Notes: generated from the letters alone by a model not told the origin. DNA of 64,000 bases from Rhizodiscina lignyota (GCA_010015805.1 ML978126.1:1860001-1924000), one strand, 5' to 3'; positions 1-12,096 are shown, counted from the first letter of the stretch. Numbers and translations: made by a program.

Positions 1-618
1 CGCTGAGCTACCCCCTGCTCCTGTACTGGTATTTCTAGTGCAGCGAGAATCAAAGTACACAATGTGGCATCTAGAACGTAGGTCTTAAAAATCACTATTC
101 CCGTATGAAGATTGGCTAACCCTCCCACAGTATTACAGGTTGAATTGAAGAAGAATCTCCGACATTCGAAGAAATATCGCACAATTCTCGAAAGGCCCAC
201 AGGGAAGATCTTTCCTTTGCGACGACTGGCGGTGAATGAATCACAACTGGATTTCTGGAACATCCGCTCCATTGCAGTCCCACCGCGCTCTAAAGACAAA
301 GGCAAGCCGGCTGTCGAGAACCTTGATGGTACGAGCGTTGTGCTCGACTTTGCAACCGAGCAGGAACAGACGACCTTCGAGGCCTACTTCAAGCACACTG
401 CTCTCCAGCGTATGAAACAGATCAAACAATTCAACCTCGGTCGAAATGTAGCCCTCTCTCAATCTGACATGCCGTCGCGGCGGGCCAGCTACGTTCCTGC
501 CACCATATATGGCGAGTCAGCCTCAGCCTCAACGATCACGCCAATACCTGAAAGGAAAGAGACTGGCGTTCCGATTTTGAATCCTATTCCAACTTTTCCG
601 TCTTTGCACAACATTTAG
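1..618 (+). CDS. 3' end of a hypothetical protein entering from the window edge, possible PH-like C-terminal domain
   Basis: Open frame from base 2 (AELPPAPVLVFLVQ...) splices across GTAGGT..CTAAC..CAG intron 78-130 into ORF 112..618; 'VVLDFATEQEQTTFEAYF' resembles the last strand and helix of PH-like folds. Confidence 0.6.
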
Positions 619-1805
619 TGCTGACCACATATGGAGCAGAGGTGCGGAAACCTTATTTCACTTGGGTATGCCGCAACCTCCTCCAGGAGAGTGGCATGAT
701 TGTATATAATTATGAAGATACCCAAATGATTATCAACTAAACATTACCGTAGTACCTCAATTGATGAAACATAGTTTGTGACTCAGATTGTTTTTACGGA
801 GCTTGAACAGACTTGGGGTGCGAAGAAGCCAGTTTCTCGTGAGCGTACGAGACATATAATAGGGCCTTATCATTGCTCTGTGTCTTCTATTAAGAAATTA
901 AGCTTTAGCATATTTTCCGGATCCTTTTGTGTAGCTTTGCCTGCCCTTTCTGTTTTCTCGTCTAACTTCACCCCAAGAACCTCTCCTGATGTAAAGAGTA
1001 CGTCGACATATTCCTAATCGCCGCCAGTGGCACCTTGGACACCTACCACTCCTCCGAATCCACTATCATAAGAGGTGCCATACCGGATCAACAATCCATC
1101 CTCGTGGGCTATCATTAAACTCCCTTGCGAGATCGCGCCCAACGTAGAGGAAAATTATGGAAATCGTCAAGAATCTCGGCAACTTATCGTCGTGAATGTT
1201 CTCATGGTAAGTCAAGCGGATGAGGTATATTTGAGGGGCCCATGCCTAGATCGAGGGCTTGATAATTCGAAGCAGATACATATCGAGAGCAAACGGACAT
1301 GTGATGATTAATTGAAGCTGGCCGGAGTTCTGTTACTGATGAAGTCAAAGTAAGCCCATGACCCCCGTAATGCCAAGAACATCAGGCCATGTACCTCTCG
1401 GCCGATACCTCCCGCCAACATGCATCCTTCGTCTAACTCTCTTATCATCGAAGCTATATTTCAAATACATTTACAACCATTGGACCACGAGACAAAGCTC
1501 TCCAAAAGCGTAGTGATTCGCTAAAGCTTTCCACAGAGTAGAAGTCTCGAGCAGCGTTGTGAATATCAACCGTCAGCGGCACTTGGAGTGGCATGAATGC
1601 CAACAAGATCGGTTATATCGTCTGCGGCGGATGGTCCCATTACAAATCTAGGATCCCAATCCTTGGATGGCAAGCTGTACGAGTAAAGTTAACTGCAGAG
1701 CTTCGACGGCCCTCGCCAGGTCTGCCAAATCTACAAGGCCGCCGCTATCACTGTCGACCTTTGATCAAGCAACTACAAACCGCTGGACTGGCAAGGAAAG
1801 CAAAT

Positions 1806-2756
1806 ATGAGCGGCCGAGTTCCTATTGAGCCACAGCGTGTCGACGCACCCCTAACTCAGGCGGCGACATTCCTCGTTCTATCACTCACTGACGCGCCCGA
1901 TGCAGTGAAAACAGTACGCTCAACAATCGCGAGTGTCGACGACCTTGCAAAGAATGTCTCCATTCGCGACCTAGGCGCTTCATTCGCTTGTACTGTTGGT
2001 ATCGGAAGCGATGTATGGGATCGTGTCACTGGTCTCCCTCGACCGGCGGAGCTTCATCCCTTTCCTGAAGTTAAGGGCGCGAAGCATACGGCTGTCTCGA
2101 CGCCTGGTGACTTTCTGTTCCACATCCGCTCAGAGCGTCGTGATTTATGCTTCGAGTTCGAGCGACAGCTATTAGATCTCCTAGGAGATTCGGTCAAGGT
2201 CGTTGATGAGACTGTCGGTTTCCGCTACTTTGACGTTCGCGACCTGCTTGGATTCGTTGATGGCACGGCGAACCCAGTTGGACCTTCTGTGCCTGAATCT
2301 ATTCTAGTTGCCGAAGAGGATACGGCTGCCGCCGGCGGCAGCTATATCGTTATACAAAAATATGTGCACGACCTCAAAGCGTGGCGTGGCCTGTCGACGG
2401 AGCAGCAAGAAGCCATTCTGGGCCGGACGAAGCTGGACAACATTGAGCTTGACGACGTCCCCGAAGGGAAGCAAGCGGCGCATAAACAACTCGCTACGAT
2501 CGAGGATGAGAATGGCGTTGAGCACGACATTCTCCGCGACAACATGCCTTTTGGTTCTCCTGGCTCTGGCGAGTTCGGAACGTACTTTATTGGGTACTCG
2601 CGGCGCCTCTGGGTCATCGAACAGATGCTGCAGCGCATGTTTATCGGAGTGCCTCCTGGGCTACATGATCGCCTGCTCGATTTTTCGACTCCGCTCACCG
2701 GCACGACGTTCTTCGCGCCATCCGCAAGTCTCCTCGCCGGCCTGGATTCTGACTAG
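1806..2756 (+). CDS. Dye-decolorizing (DyP-type) heme peroxidase, bacterial DypB-like, intronless, no signal peptide
   Basis: GFVDGTANP (GxxDG), GGSY..QKYVHDL, IxGRTK, proximal His (AHKQL), distal Arg (ILRDNMPFG), GTYFIGY, DRLLDFS; likely start MSGRVP at 1806. Confidence 0.93.
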   Translation: MSGRVPIEPQRVDAPLTQAATFLVLSLTDAPDAVKTVRSTIASVDDLAKNVSIRDLGASFACTVGIGSDVWDRVTGLPRPAELHPFPEVKGAKHTAVSTPGDFLFHIRSERRDLCFEFERQLLDLLGDSVKVVDETVGFRYFDVRDLLGFVDGTANPVGPSVPESILVAEEDTAAAGGSYIVIQKYVHDLKAWRGLSTEQQEAILGRTKLDNIELDDVPEGKQAAHKQLATIEDENGVEHDILRDNMPFGSPGSGEFGTYFIGYSRRLWVIEQMLQRMFIGVPPGLHDRLLDFSTPLTGTTFFAPSASLLAGLDSD

Positions 2757-3207
2757 TGGGCTCGAGAGTGACAATATACCTGACCCCGATGGATATCGCG
2801 AGGGTGCTGCAAGCACGAGCCTGTCTCGTCAACTGAGGCGAGAGCATCGCTGAAAGCTCAATATTACATCCTTTGGCAAGCGTTTCTTAAGAGTATGCAG
2901 CTTTGATAAATTCAGTCAATCCTATTATTGTTGTGACTGCGCTTCAACAGCTCCATGTATTGTAGCTATGGGTCAAGTTCCTGGCCACTCTCGAAATTGG
3001 TTCATTCATGGTGTCATTAAATGTGCAGATGGGGTTATAGGGAAGTTTGTTGATATACACATCAAGCCGTTAAATCCCAAGTCTGAAGCACGATGAGCCT
3101 TCTCAGTAGAGTCCCTCTATGGGATAAACTCAATTGAGCTATTATTCTATGTCCATTGAAATCAAAGCGGACACTCGTCCCGCCGAAACTCATTGTCTTC
3201 CCCTCGT

Positions 3208-4302
3208 TCAATCATGCTGCATACGACAACTGCCGTCTGTCATCTTTTCCCCGGCTCGGAAGCAATCTAGGCAAAGGCCTCGGCATAAAGCATTAGCCTC
3301 TTTGGCGGCGTCTCGAATAAGCTGTAGGCTTGTGCGATCGTTGGCACACTCAGAATATGCGCACGGGGCCAGATCATTGGCAACAACTGTCACATCCTTT
3401 GCAACTGTTGCGAAAAGGACACAAGTAGCGACTGCGGAGGGAAGCATTTCCGGTGGCCAGAGCTTTTGCTCTTCGAGACATTCCAGCATATGGCGAAGAT
3501 TCCAGTTGCAGAGTTTGCAATCATCATCGTGCCCCCTCATGCTTCCGCCAATGCACCAAGTGAGGGTCTTATTGATCGCTTCAACGATCATCTGTCTTGC
3601 TGTCTGCGCCCGCTGGATCATCATGGCTGTGACACGTGAGAGCACAAAAGCAAGCAAATGGTGAGAATGAACAAACATACTGAGTAGGGTCTTGGGAAGG
3701 AGCGTTTCATGCAATAGCAATTCATCACCGTCTCCGACGGGAGTCATGACCATCAACAGATTGCTGAACTCCAGGAAGTGCCGATGGTCATTTAAGATAT
3801 AAGCGGTGTCCAACAGTATCACTCGGCCTGCTCCCGGTGGCCACTGCAGTCTCGCGTCCTTGAACCACAGTTCAAGGCTCTGGAAGACGCTCCAATAAGC
3901 GTCGTACTTGTCTACTAGAATAGCATAGCTCCGAAGGAGGGCTGGCGATAGGGAGTATTCCGAGACTCGTTTTCCTTGTAGATGTGTGACAGCGCAGAAC
4001 AACTCCAACGCTAGAGGGTCGTCTTCCGGGAGGGGAATCTCTTTCGGATCGTCCCCGCTGAGTCCTTGACCTTCGCTGTACTTGGTTGAGAACATGTTTC
4101 GGAAAACCGGGGACGCAATCGAGAGAATATGAGAGGACACGCGCAGACGTCTGGCTCTCTCCGCTGTTCCGGCGATGAAGATGACATCGCCTTCAGGAGC
4201 AATCTCGAGGATGTTTGTACTCGACATGTTGTGGTCGACTTGGTTTAAGTGAATGCTGGCCATGTCACTGGCGAGCGCAATGATGTTGGCTCTTTCTGAC
4301 AT
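3208..4302 (-). CDS. BTB/POZ-domain protein
   Basis: EIAPEGDVIF..LRVSSHILSIASPVFRNMF..YSEG..IPLPEDDP..LVDKYD; C-terminal GLCLDC..C..H; probable in-frame 54-nt intron 3627-3680; start may be 4227 (MSSTN). Confidence 0.88.
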   Translation of the reverse strand: MSERANIIALASDMASIHLNQVDHNMSSTNILEIAPEGDVIFIAGTAERARRLRVSSHILSIASPVFRNMFSTKYSEGQGLSGDDPKEIPLPEDDPLALELFCAVTHLQGKRVSEYSLSPALLRSYAILVDKYDAYWSVFQSLELWFKDARLQWPPGAGRVILLDTAYILNDHRHFLEFSNLLMVMTPVGDGDELLLHETLLPKTLLSMFVHSHHLLAFVLSRVTAMMIQRAQTARQMIVEAINKTLTWCIGGSMRGHDDDCKLCNWNLRHMLECLEEQKLWPPEMLPSAVATCVLFATVAKDVTVVANDLAPCAYSECANDRTSLQLIRDAAKEANALCRGLCLDCFRAGEKMTDGSCRMQHD

Positions 4303-5039
4303 TTCCCGTCGTTCGCTCGATTGCGTGGCGTTTTGGAGCCTTTATCGAAAGGCTGCTGACTGACAGAAAGGAGATGAAAGAAAGTTCGCGAGTTCTGAAG
4401 AGGGGCGAGAATTTATACGTGTGTGGTTCTGCTCTCGCGCCTGCTAGGCTGCCAGCGTGTTACTCTATTGTGAATACCAGCGCTCAGACCAATGTGAATG
4501 AACCCTAAATCATACCTGGGGCCTGGCTATTGTGCCTTCAACCAACCTGCAGGTTTCCACTCTTGACTTTATGCGTCGCCATACTCTCAGGCCGGCACCG
4601 TGCGGAATCAACGGGTTCGTAGTTGTTGGAAGTCACAAATCTCGCTGTTAGGGTCGTATGGTATATATACGCCTTCTAACGTCTGAACATTAGATGTTCA
4701 GACATTGTTACCTTTTTGGTGGTCTATGCTGCTAGCGCATGAGATTAACACTCGCTGTATCTTGTACCGCTTTGGCGGGTTGCTAAGAGTCTGCACCCAT
4801 ACTGCTCCTGGTGAAGAGAGCTACAAGGTTCACCGTAAATGATTCCTAACTGGCATCTTGGTCACGTATGTGACACCTCTTGGGTCTTAGCTTCATACGC
4901 TATTCTTCTAGTTTTCACGCAAGCAAGAATAGTCCCATATACATTACCCTCGCAACATCAGCTACCATGTGTAGCCTCCACCAAACCTTACTGAGAATGA
5001 AATTTGCTTACGTATTACTGAAAAAGGTATCGCGAAGAT

Positions 5040-5549
5040 ATTTTCAAGGTATTCCAGCACCGAGATTGACCTTTAGTACAAATTCAGTGCTTAGTGCTCT
5101 GAACTGGGCGGCGTCGTTAACCATGTAGGCTGCATCTAGCGCGCAAGAATCATGTCCTCTGAGAGTCGACACTTCGCCTCGCCAGCTTTAAACCAAAATT
5201 CAGTAACAACACGGACGGTGTCGGTACACTGGTATATGTCGACCATAATTGCGAACATGTGGAGCTCCCGAGCGCTCAGCTCCAGCGGCACTTGGTCGGT
5301 TTTTCAGATGTACAATTAGACAGAGAAGTCTTACTGCGGCCTGCTCATCTTCTGGAAGAGGGATGTATTTCGGACTAGCAGAGCTGAGCCCCTGGCCCTC
5401 GCTGAATCCATCTTTCGAGAACATGCTTTGAAATACTGGTGACGTTGTTGAAAGGATATGGGAGGAAACGCGCAAATGGAGGGCTTTTTCGCCAGAGTCG
5501 GAACGAGGAGGTTGACATCGCCATCAGATGCAATTTCGAGAGTCCCCAT
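5040..5549 (-). pseudogene. BTB/POZ pseudogene, paralog of 3208..4302
   Basis: MGTLEIASDGDVNLLV / DSGEKALHLRVSSHILSTTSPVFQSMF..FSEGQGLS..IPLPEDE / ..FAIMVDIYQC..EFWFK / LDAAYMVND can only be joined by changing frame about three times; 3' limit approximate. Confidence 0.8.
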
Positions 5550-6106
5550 GATGACGAGGATGCGGAGCTTTCTCACGACGATGGTTGACAGGAGACCTGA
5601 TGTTTGACGTTGCAAAAGCTCGAGGGTCATGGAAAAGCGGTGACGCCCAAGAACAATAGCTCTTACACCTCACGGTAATCCCGACTATCCCTGAAAAGGC
5701 AGTTATACGTTGTTCGGAGTGTACTTAGCAATAACAAACTGCTTAGAAACTTGTACACCCTGTGATTCGCAGAGGCTACACACTACTGCTGTTCCGTATT
5801 TTGAAAGTTGCCGCCAACTTCGGGTTTCTAGCAATAGTGGAGGCGTGCATGTGACATCGCGTTCATGTCGCGTTTGTCCGTGCACGCGTCTCCTCCTTCG
5901 CGGGGGGTTTCAGGTACGTCAGACGCTGCTCCTTTACCATACCTCTCGCTTTCTTTCGAAGTCTTCTTGTCACCCAATGAAGTATTAGAATTGTCCCATA
6001 TATATAGGTGTCATCCCAAACCGTCCTCCTTTCTGGTATGTCGCATCCACTTGTCGCACAGACTGCTCAATTGCGTGTACTGATTGCGGCAGTCAAACCG
6101 AAAGAT

Positions 6107-7332
6107 ATGGAAGGCGATCCTCCGAATTCGTCGATCAAAGAAATATTTCGCAATGGCAACGTCATCCTCACTCTCGACACTGCGTCTGACGAAAACCGAG
6201 CTCCGATCCGACTACGCGTCTCCCCGCAAGTCTTGAGCACCGGCTCTCTATACTTTCAAAATCTATTCAAAGCGGAATGGAGAGGGAAGCAACTCGAGTC
6301 TGCGACTGCAGATGCTCCACTCGAGATCACGGAACAATTTGAGGATGTCAAAACCGCGTGGATGATGTCGCTTATATGCTCTATCCTCCATCACCGCGCG
6401 GAAGCGGCACCATCTACAAAGAGTCCGGAATCTATCTTGAAGTTTGCTCATGTTGCACAGTATTACCAGTGCACATCTGCAGTTCGTTGGGTTGCGAGTC
6501 CCTGGATCAAGGCCGCCTTGGAGAAATCCGAAGGCCAGCCGGACTCAATGGCAAGATTTGACACATTGTTGGAAGCCAGCTATGTCCTTGACAGCCCAAT
6601 GGATTTCCTCAACGTTTCAAAGGCATGGGCGCTTCACTGGAAGCAGGGCAGCTCTGCGATTCTCTATGCGAAGGGAAATGATGCAGTTGTACCTCTTTTT
6701 GCCTATGGTACGTACAACTGCGCTGAAATATATTGAAGTAGCTGCTTACTTTGACAGTCGATATCGAACAGCAGAGCAAACTTGTCTACAACACCATCTA
6801 TCAGTGTGTCGAAGAGGAAATACGTAATGTTAGACGATTATTAACTCCGTACAACAAAGATGTCATGCACGAAGCACTTGCCTGTATCCTGTCCTACTTT
6901 GAGAAGTACTCCATTTGGCCTTCAGACCGTATGCCAGATAATGTTCAAGATCTCCTGCGCAAGGTTCAGCATACACAGCGGATGTCCTGCCCCGACACGA
7001 GTCTCAATTCGGAGCTGAAGATACTCAACCATTTGACTGACCAGCAGTGGCATGGCTTTAGAAGGTTTGGAATAACGGAGGAGTTGGCACAAAGGGCTAT
7101 AGTCGGCATTTGCATCGACTGCTCTAAGGCTGGGAAACGCATCAATAATAATGACGGTGCCTGCAGGATTTTCCACGATGATAAGGGGTACACTGTCCCC
7201 GAATGGGAACGTCCAGTTCGGAAACGTCCGCGACCGGATCCAGTCGACAATCCCGTCGATGATGCCCTTGAGGATAGCGACAATACTGAAGACGAAATCG
7301 ATGGTGATACGTCTCATATGCTGATTAGTTAG
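6107..7332 (+). CDS. BTB/POZ-domain protein with acidic C-terminal tail
   Basis: GNVIL..LRVSPQVLSTGSLYFQNLF..ICSILHH..VAQYYQC..LEASYVLD; intron 6708-6757 joins ORFs 6008..6736 and 6751..7332 in frame; GICIDC..C..H motif as in the first BTB gene. Confidence 0.85.
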
Positions 7333-7737
7333 ACGTAAACTGAAGAGATCACGAAGGACTTTTAGTTTCGCTGTGGCTGTGGCATAAGCTTCGAATTGGT
7401 TTTAACTAGGGCATTGCGGAATTTCCAGCGGAATTTCCAACCTCCATGTAGACTTTAGTCTCTGATCCAGTATATATCTTTTCATAGCATATGAAACAAC
7501 TCGGTGAGATTTTCAGCAATCCTGCTGGTAGATGCAATTGTATCTTACAATGAAGTAATGGCGGTGAAAAAGATTCGATCTGTTCTGTAAGCCCGGAGCA
7601 GCTCATTATGTTAAGCAGGGGAAGATCAAGCTACCATCTAAGCATAGCAAAATGGCTCGACCCGCGTGTCTTGGTGTCGTAAACGACCATGGCCACATAC
7701 AGGAAGACAACTATTCAGCCTCTGAGGAGGCGAATTC

Positions 7738-8967
7738 TCACAAAGGCACAACCTCTTCCTGCCAATCCCTCACAACCTTCAGCTTCCCCGGCCCCTCCCA
7801 TTCCGCCCTCAGCACCTCCACAAACTGCTCAATGTCGTCAATCAACACCTCATCCGTCGATCCACAGATACACAGGTGCTCTACAATCCCGCTCAATCCC
7901 TTCCACCACCCTCGCGGCGCCGTCAGAGGAGCGTTGTACGGATCGCGTGGCGCGCCGGCCAAGAACTGCGTGGCCCATCGCTTCACCGATGGAGGGCCGA
8001 TGATGTCTTTCCAGGCGTTCCGCCTATATGCATCGGCGTGCGAGGAGAGCTCGACCCATGGCGAGATGAGCAGAGCAGCTTTGAGCCTTTGTCCATTGGG
8101 GAGCTTGACTTCCTGTACGCTCCTGTCAGGATGCGGGTGGAGGATGTGTGCGAGGACGTCAATGGCCACATGACCACCGGCAGAGTCACCTCCAAGCAAG
8201 ATATGCGACGGGGCCAAGCCGAGTGTGGTGAGCACGTAGTTGAGAGACATGGCTGCTTGAGCGAGTTGCCGAGGGTATCTAGCGTATGGGGCCAGGTCGT
8301 AGGAGAGGATTAGAGCGGAGTAGGACCGTGGTTTGGAAGACGATGGGCTGGAATGGCCGTTGAGATAATCCAAGTGCTGGCTGAGAAAATCGAGGTTGGC
8401 GTGAATAAGAGGTCCTTGCCTGAGAGTTAGCGGCAGGGTTTTGACCAGTATCGTGGAAGGGATAGCTCACCGTTATAGCCACCGCCGTGAAAGTACAAGA
8501 GAACTGAAGAGGCTTCCTTATCCCCGATCCAGTGTAGCTTCGTTCCATCATCGAGAGTCTCACTCTTCGGCTTTATCTTGTTGTCATTGCAGAATTTGAG
8601 GTATACTTGGTCGGTGTTCGGCGATAGGAATCTTGATTGTTCAGATCACTGTACACACGTTCAGGGGGAAACTAGCTCACTGCTCCTGAGCACTTGTCAT
8701 GCTCCCTGAAAAGGTACGGAAAGTGCTGTACACGATCCATTTGTAGTATGTTGAAGGCTTGTTCTTCCTGCTCACAAACAATGGGGAAATAATAGAGAAT
8801 AATGCCTTTCCCACTAGAAATTGTCAGTCCAGTCGAATTCGTATTCACTAGATACTCCACAGTACAGCAGAGGACAATAGGAGTTACATACAGACTGCAA
8901 TAAAGAGAGGAAGAAGCCCGAGGCGGCCGAAAACGCCAAGGGACGGCTTGTCTGGCTTTTGACCCAT
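7738..8967 (-). CDS. Alpha/beta hydrolase, HSL-like esterase (Say1/Mug180-like)
   Basis: Multi-exon: MGQKPDKPSLG.. (ATG 8967), LLYFHGGGY oxyanion motif, LLGGDSAGG nucleophile, LLISPWV; C-terminus looks short and the catalytic His is not obvious. Confidence 0.82.
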
Positions 8968-10272
8968 ACTGATACTTGAAGGGATACTTCAGAACGCAGA
9001 GGAAATAAAAATTCGCACAAATTAAAGAATCAACTTCGAAACAGAAGATTCCATATAAAATGCAACAGCTTGCGGAGTCCGATCGTATATAGAGCTCTAT
9101 AGCTAATCAACCTTTCGTGCATTTTCTAGTTTTCTACTAGCCTTTCATTTCGGACGAGAAGCTAGATCATCAGGGATGAAGCACCTGCGGTCTATCCGCA
9201 GATACCACATTAGTGTCGTGATATTGGCATTACTAATGGACTGTAACTAATACAATTCAAGTCTCACAGTCTGGCAACGCCACAGACTGATGATCACGCT
9301 GAACGAAGCAGCAGATAGGTTGACTCTGACATGACTACCTACTTAGTTCAGAGACTTGGCTTCTCCGATGAGGCCCGAAACGTCTTGTCCCGTACCATTG
9401 CAAGGCGTCCCGTAATCGAATCATTCGAATGGTACAAGGTTTCTGGGGCAGTAGAAACTGGCGCCACCTTAAACGAGGTGAAGTAGCGCAATCTGCATGC
9501 CTACAGTCGTTTCGAGCTTGGCTTCCAACTTTTTCCGATTTTCAATTTCCAATCGCTGCCTCTGCGCCGGTCTTTGAACAGGACAGGACGATTGCTGAGA
9601 TACGCCAAGCTGTGTAAAAGCTACCCCAGGCCCAGGAACGTGTCTAGTCAAATAAGTCTCCAGTTTTCGACTTGAAATTGGAGTAGGCGCTGAGGTTCCG
9701 AGAATCAAAAAAATCGAAAACAGTTGGAAGCCACAGCTCGAAACGCCTGGAGAACGGACGGATAATAATCGCGTCGCAAGATGCTGGGGAAGGAGGCGTG
9801 AATAACCCTCGACCTCGGCCAACTGCTGTTAATCAGGTAACTTTGCTCCTCTCCAACGATGTGCCGCGGGACTAAAGAACAGACCTTTATTTGCAATTGT
9901 TGAAGACATAGCGAGCTTCATCATAATCAGTTTCGCGCAAAATTCCCTCTTTTGAACGCCTTTGCATCACTCTTTCTGATTTGCGTCCCCCTTTCGGATA
10001 TACAATTTACATAATTAGTCACGAGACTCCTTGTTCAGCTTATTATTGTGGGTACTTCGCATGAGACTTTGGGGCTGTTTCCTAACCGAGGCAAGCATTA
10101 AAGTGATTTTTAACAAAGCAGAAGCTTATAGAAGCACTCGAAGGGCACTTGGCCATTGCTTTCGTGCACCTTTGCCTTAGTTCCTCCTAGGGCTCCCTCT
10201 TTAGTATTTTTCGGTTCAGGACCTAAGGTTATTTTTAAGCTTCTCTGATATCCCTGCGACGTTAAATCCAGC

Positions 10273-11631
10273 ATGTCCCCTCAGAACCCACCGCCATCAG
10301 CATCTCTCAATCGCCCCTACGACGAACCCGACCCGAACGCTCATGCCGCCTACCAGCGGGACATCTACAGCGCCCTTCGTCCTCCACGCCTCTCCACAAA
10401 ACCCTCAGAATGGGAAGCTCAAGCTCGTCGAGTCGTCCCAAAGCCAAACTTCTACTATGTGTTCGGCTCAGCGTCATCATGCGACACGCATACCGCAAAC
10501 GTCGAGGCCTTCAAGCGATACAGGCTGCGACCACACATGCTTGTGAATGCCACAAGGCGCGACCTCAGTGCGAAGCTATTTGAGGGGACACAGTATGAGA
10601 TGAAGTTACGACATCCGATACTGGCTGGTCCGGTGGGCGTTCAGGAGATCATGCACAAAGATGCTGAAGAAGCTGTGGCAAGGGCGTGCGAGGAAGTAGG
10701 AGTGCCAATGGTGCTTTCAAGCGCTGCGACACGGACAATTGAGCAAGTTGCGGAGGCAAATGGCAATGGAGAGAGATGGTACCAGCTGTATTGGCCCCGA
10801 CCGCAGGCTGAAGACCTCACTGCCAGCGTGCTGCGGAGGGCAAAGGCCGCTGGATACAAGGTGCTCGTTGTGACACTCGACACGTTCATGCTCGCTTGGC
10901 GGCCGCACGATCTGGATGGGGCGTATCTTCCATTCATCTGGGGCCAGGGCTGTCAGATTGGTTTGTCGGATCCAGCATTCAATCGCATGTATGAGGAGAT
11001 GCAAAAGAACGACACTCGGACCAGGATGGAGAAGCTGAGAGAAGCCTGGGATATGGCGAATAGACCAGGGACGCCGTTCGGGGCTTTGAAGGTACTTCGG
11101 TACGCTCCTCTGATCCGTAAGGCTAGAGCGGTTATGGAAGCCATGAACTCTGGAACTTTTAGAGAGTGGGAACACATAGAAGTCCTGAAAGAGCTCTGGG
11201 ATGGCCCCATTGTTCTGAAAGGTATTCAGACCGTCGAAGACGCACACCGTGCGATTGATGCAGGTGTGCAAGGCATTCTTGTTTCCAACCATGGAGGCCG
11301 TCAAGTCGACGGCGCAATTGCGTCATTGGATGCGTTGGCAGAGATCGGCGCCGATGCAAGAGTGAAGAGTAGTGGACTGACTTTGCTGTTCGATGGCGGC
11401 ATCAGGACAGGAAGCGATGTGATGAAGGCGATCGCACTTGGCGCAAAAGCAGTCTTCGTCGCTCGGCCATACATGTATGGGCTGGCGATAGCGGGACAGG
11501 AAGGCGTGCGACATGTCTTCAAATGTCTACTGGCAGATACTGACAATATGATGGCTAACGCAGGGAAGAGGGCTCTAACAGAGCTGAGTCGAGAAGATTT
11601 GCGCGTCCTCCAGGTACCTGCGAAGCTATGA
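10273..11631 (+). CDS. FMN-dependent alpha-hydroxy acid oxidase/dehydrogenase (lactate 2-monooxygenase-like), C-terminal PTS1
   Basis: WYQLY, LVVTLD, PIVLKGIQ, VSNHGGRQVDG, FDGGIRTGSDVMKAIALGA; ends in -AKL; intronless. Confidence 0.93.
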   Translation: MSPQNPPPSASLNRPYDEPDPNAHAAYQRDIYSALRPPRLSTKPSEWEAQARRVVPKPNFYYVFGSASSCDTHTANVEAFKRYRLRPHMLVNATRRDLSAKLFEGTQYEMKLRHPILAGPVGVQEIMHKDAEEAVARACEEVGVPMVLSSAATRTIEQVAEANGNGERWYQLYWPRPQAEDLTASVLRRAKAAGYKVLVVTLDTFMLAWRPHDLDGAYLPFIWGQGCQIGLSDPAFNRMYEEMQKNDTRTRMEKLREAWDMANRPGTPFGALKVLRYAPLIRKARAVMEAMNSGTFREWEHIEVLKELWDGPIVLKGIQTVEDAHRAIDAGVQGILVSNHGGRQVDGAIASLDALAEIGADARVKSSGLTLLFDGGIRTGSDVMKAIALGAKAVFVARPYMYGLAIAGQEGVRHVFKCLLADTDNMMANAGKRALTELSREDLRVLQVPAKL

Positions 11632-12096
11632 GCAGTACTGGCGATTCAATGGAGTTTTATCTGGAGACTATCACTGATAGCCCATACCGAATCAAACTTT
11701 CGACAGAGTTATTGTCGTGTGTTGGCAGCCACAATCCGAAGACAACCAAACACAGTAGTTGCTGCTCGTTCAACCTTAGTTGAATACTTTCTTGGTTCTG
11801 CAATCCGAGAGATTGAACAGGAGGTCGAGAAAGGATTGCACGCTTGAAGGGGTGTGTTTCAGATATGGCTCCAGAATCAGGCTCCAGAATCAGTGTCATT
11901 AGATTTGTCTGGTGACAGCTGAAGCTGCCGAATTGGCTCATTACAGATTCACCTCCGAATGTGCTAACATCCATTCCATGACTTGTCCTCTCTTAGACCT
12001 TCGAACTTCATAATTCCTCAGCACAAATAATCACGAGTCAGATCGCCTCTAAGTGATGTCCTAAGATTATCGTTGTGGATTGTGTCTCTGGCCCCC

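Noticed and set aside
1593..1805. 71-aa N-terminal extension of the DyP ORF
   Set aside because: Not signal-peptide-like; family similarity begins at MSGRVP, whose ATG has good context. Probably an open 5' UTR.
4681..4703. Perfect 10-bp inverted repeat GTCTGAACAT-tag-ATGTTCAGAC
   Set aside because: Isolated short hairpin with no TSD or partner; no function can be supported.
7417..7439. Short tandem duplication GCGGAATTTCCA x2 (similar 13-bp duplication near 11868-11893)
   Set aside because: Two copies only; ordinary slippage, not an array.
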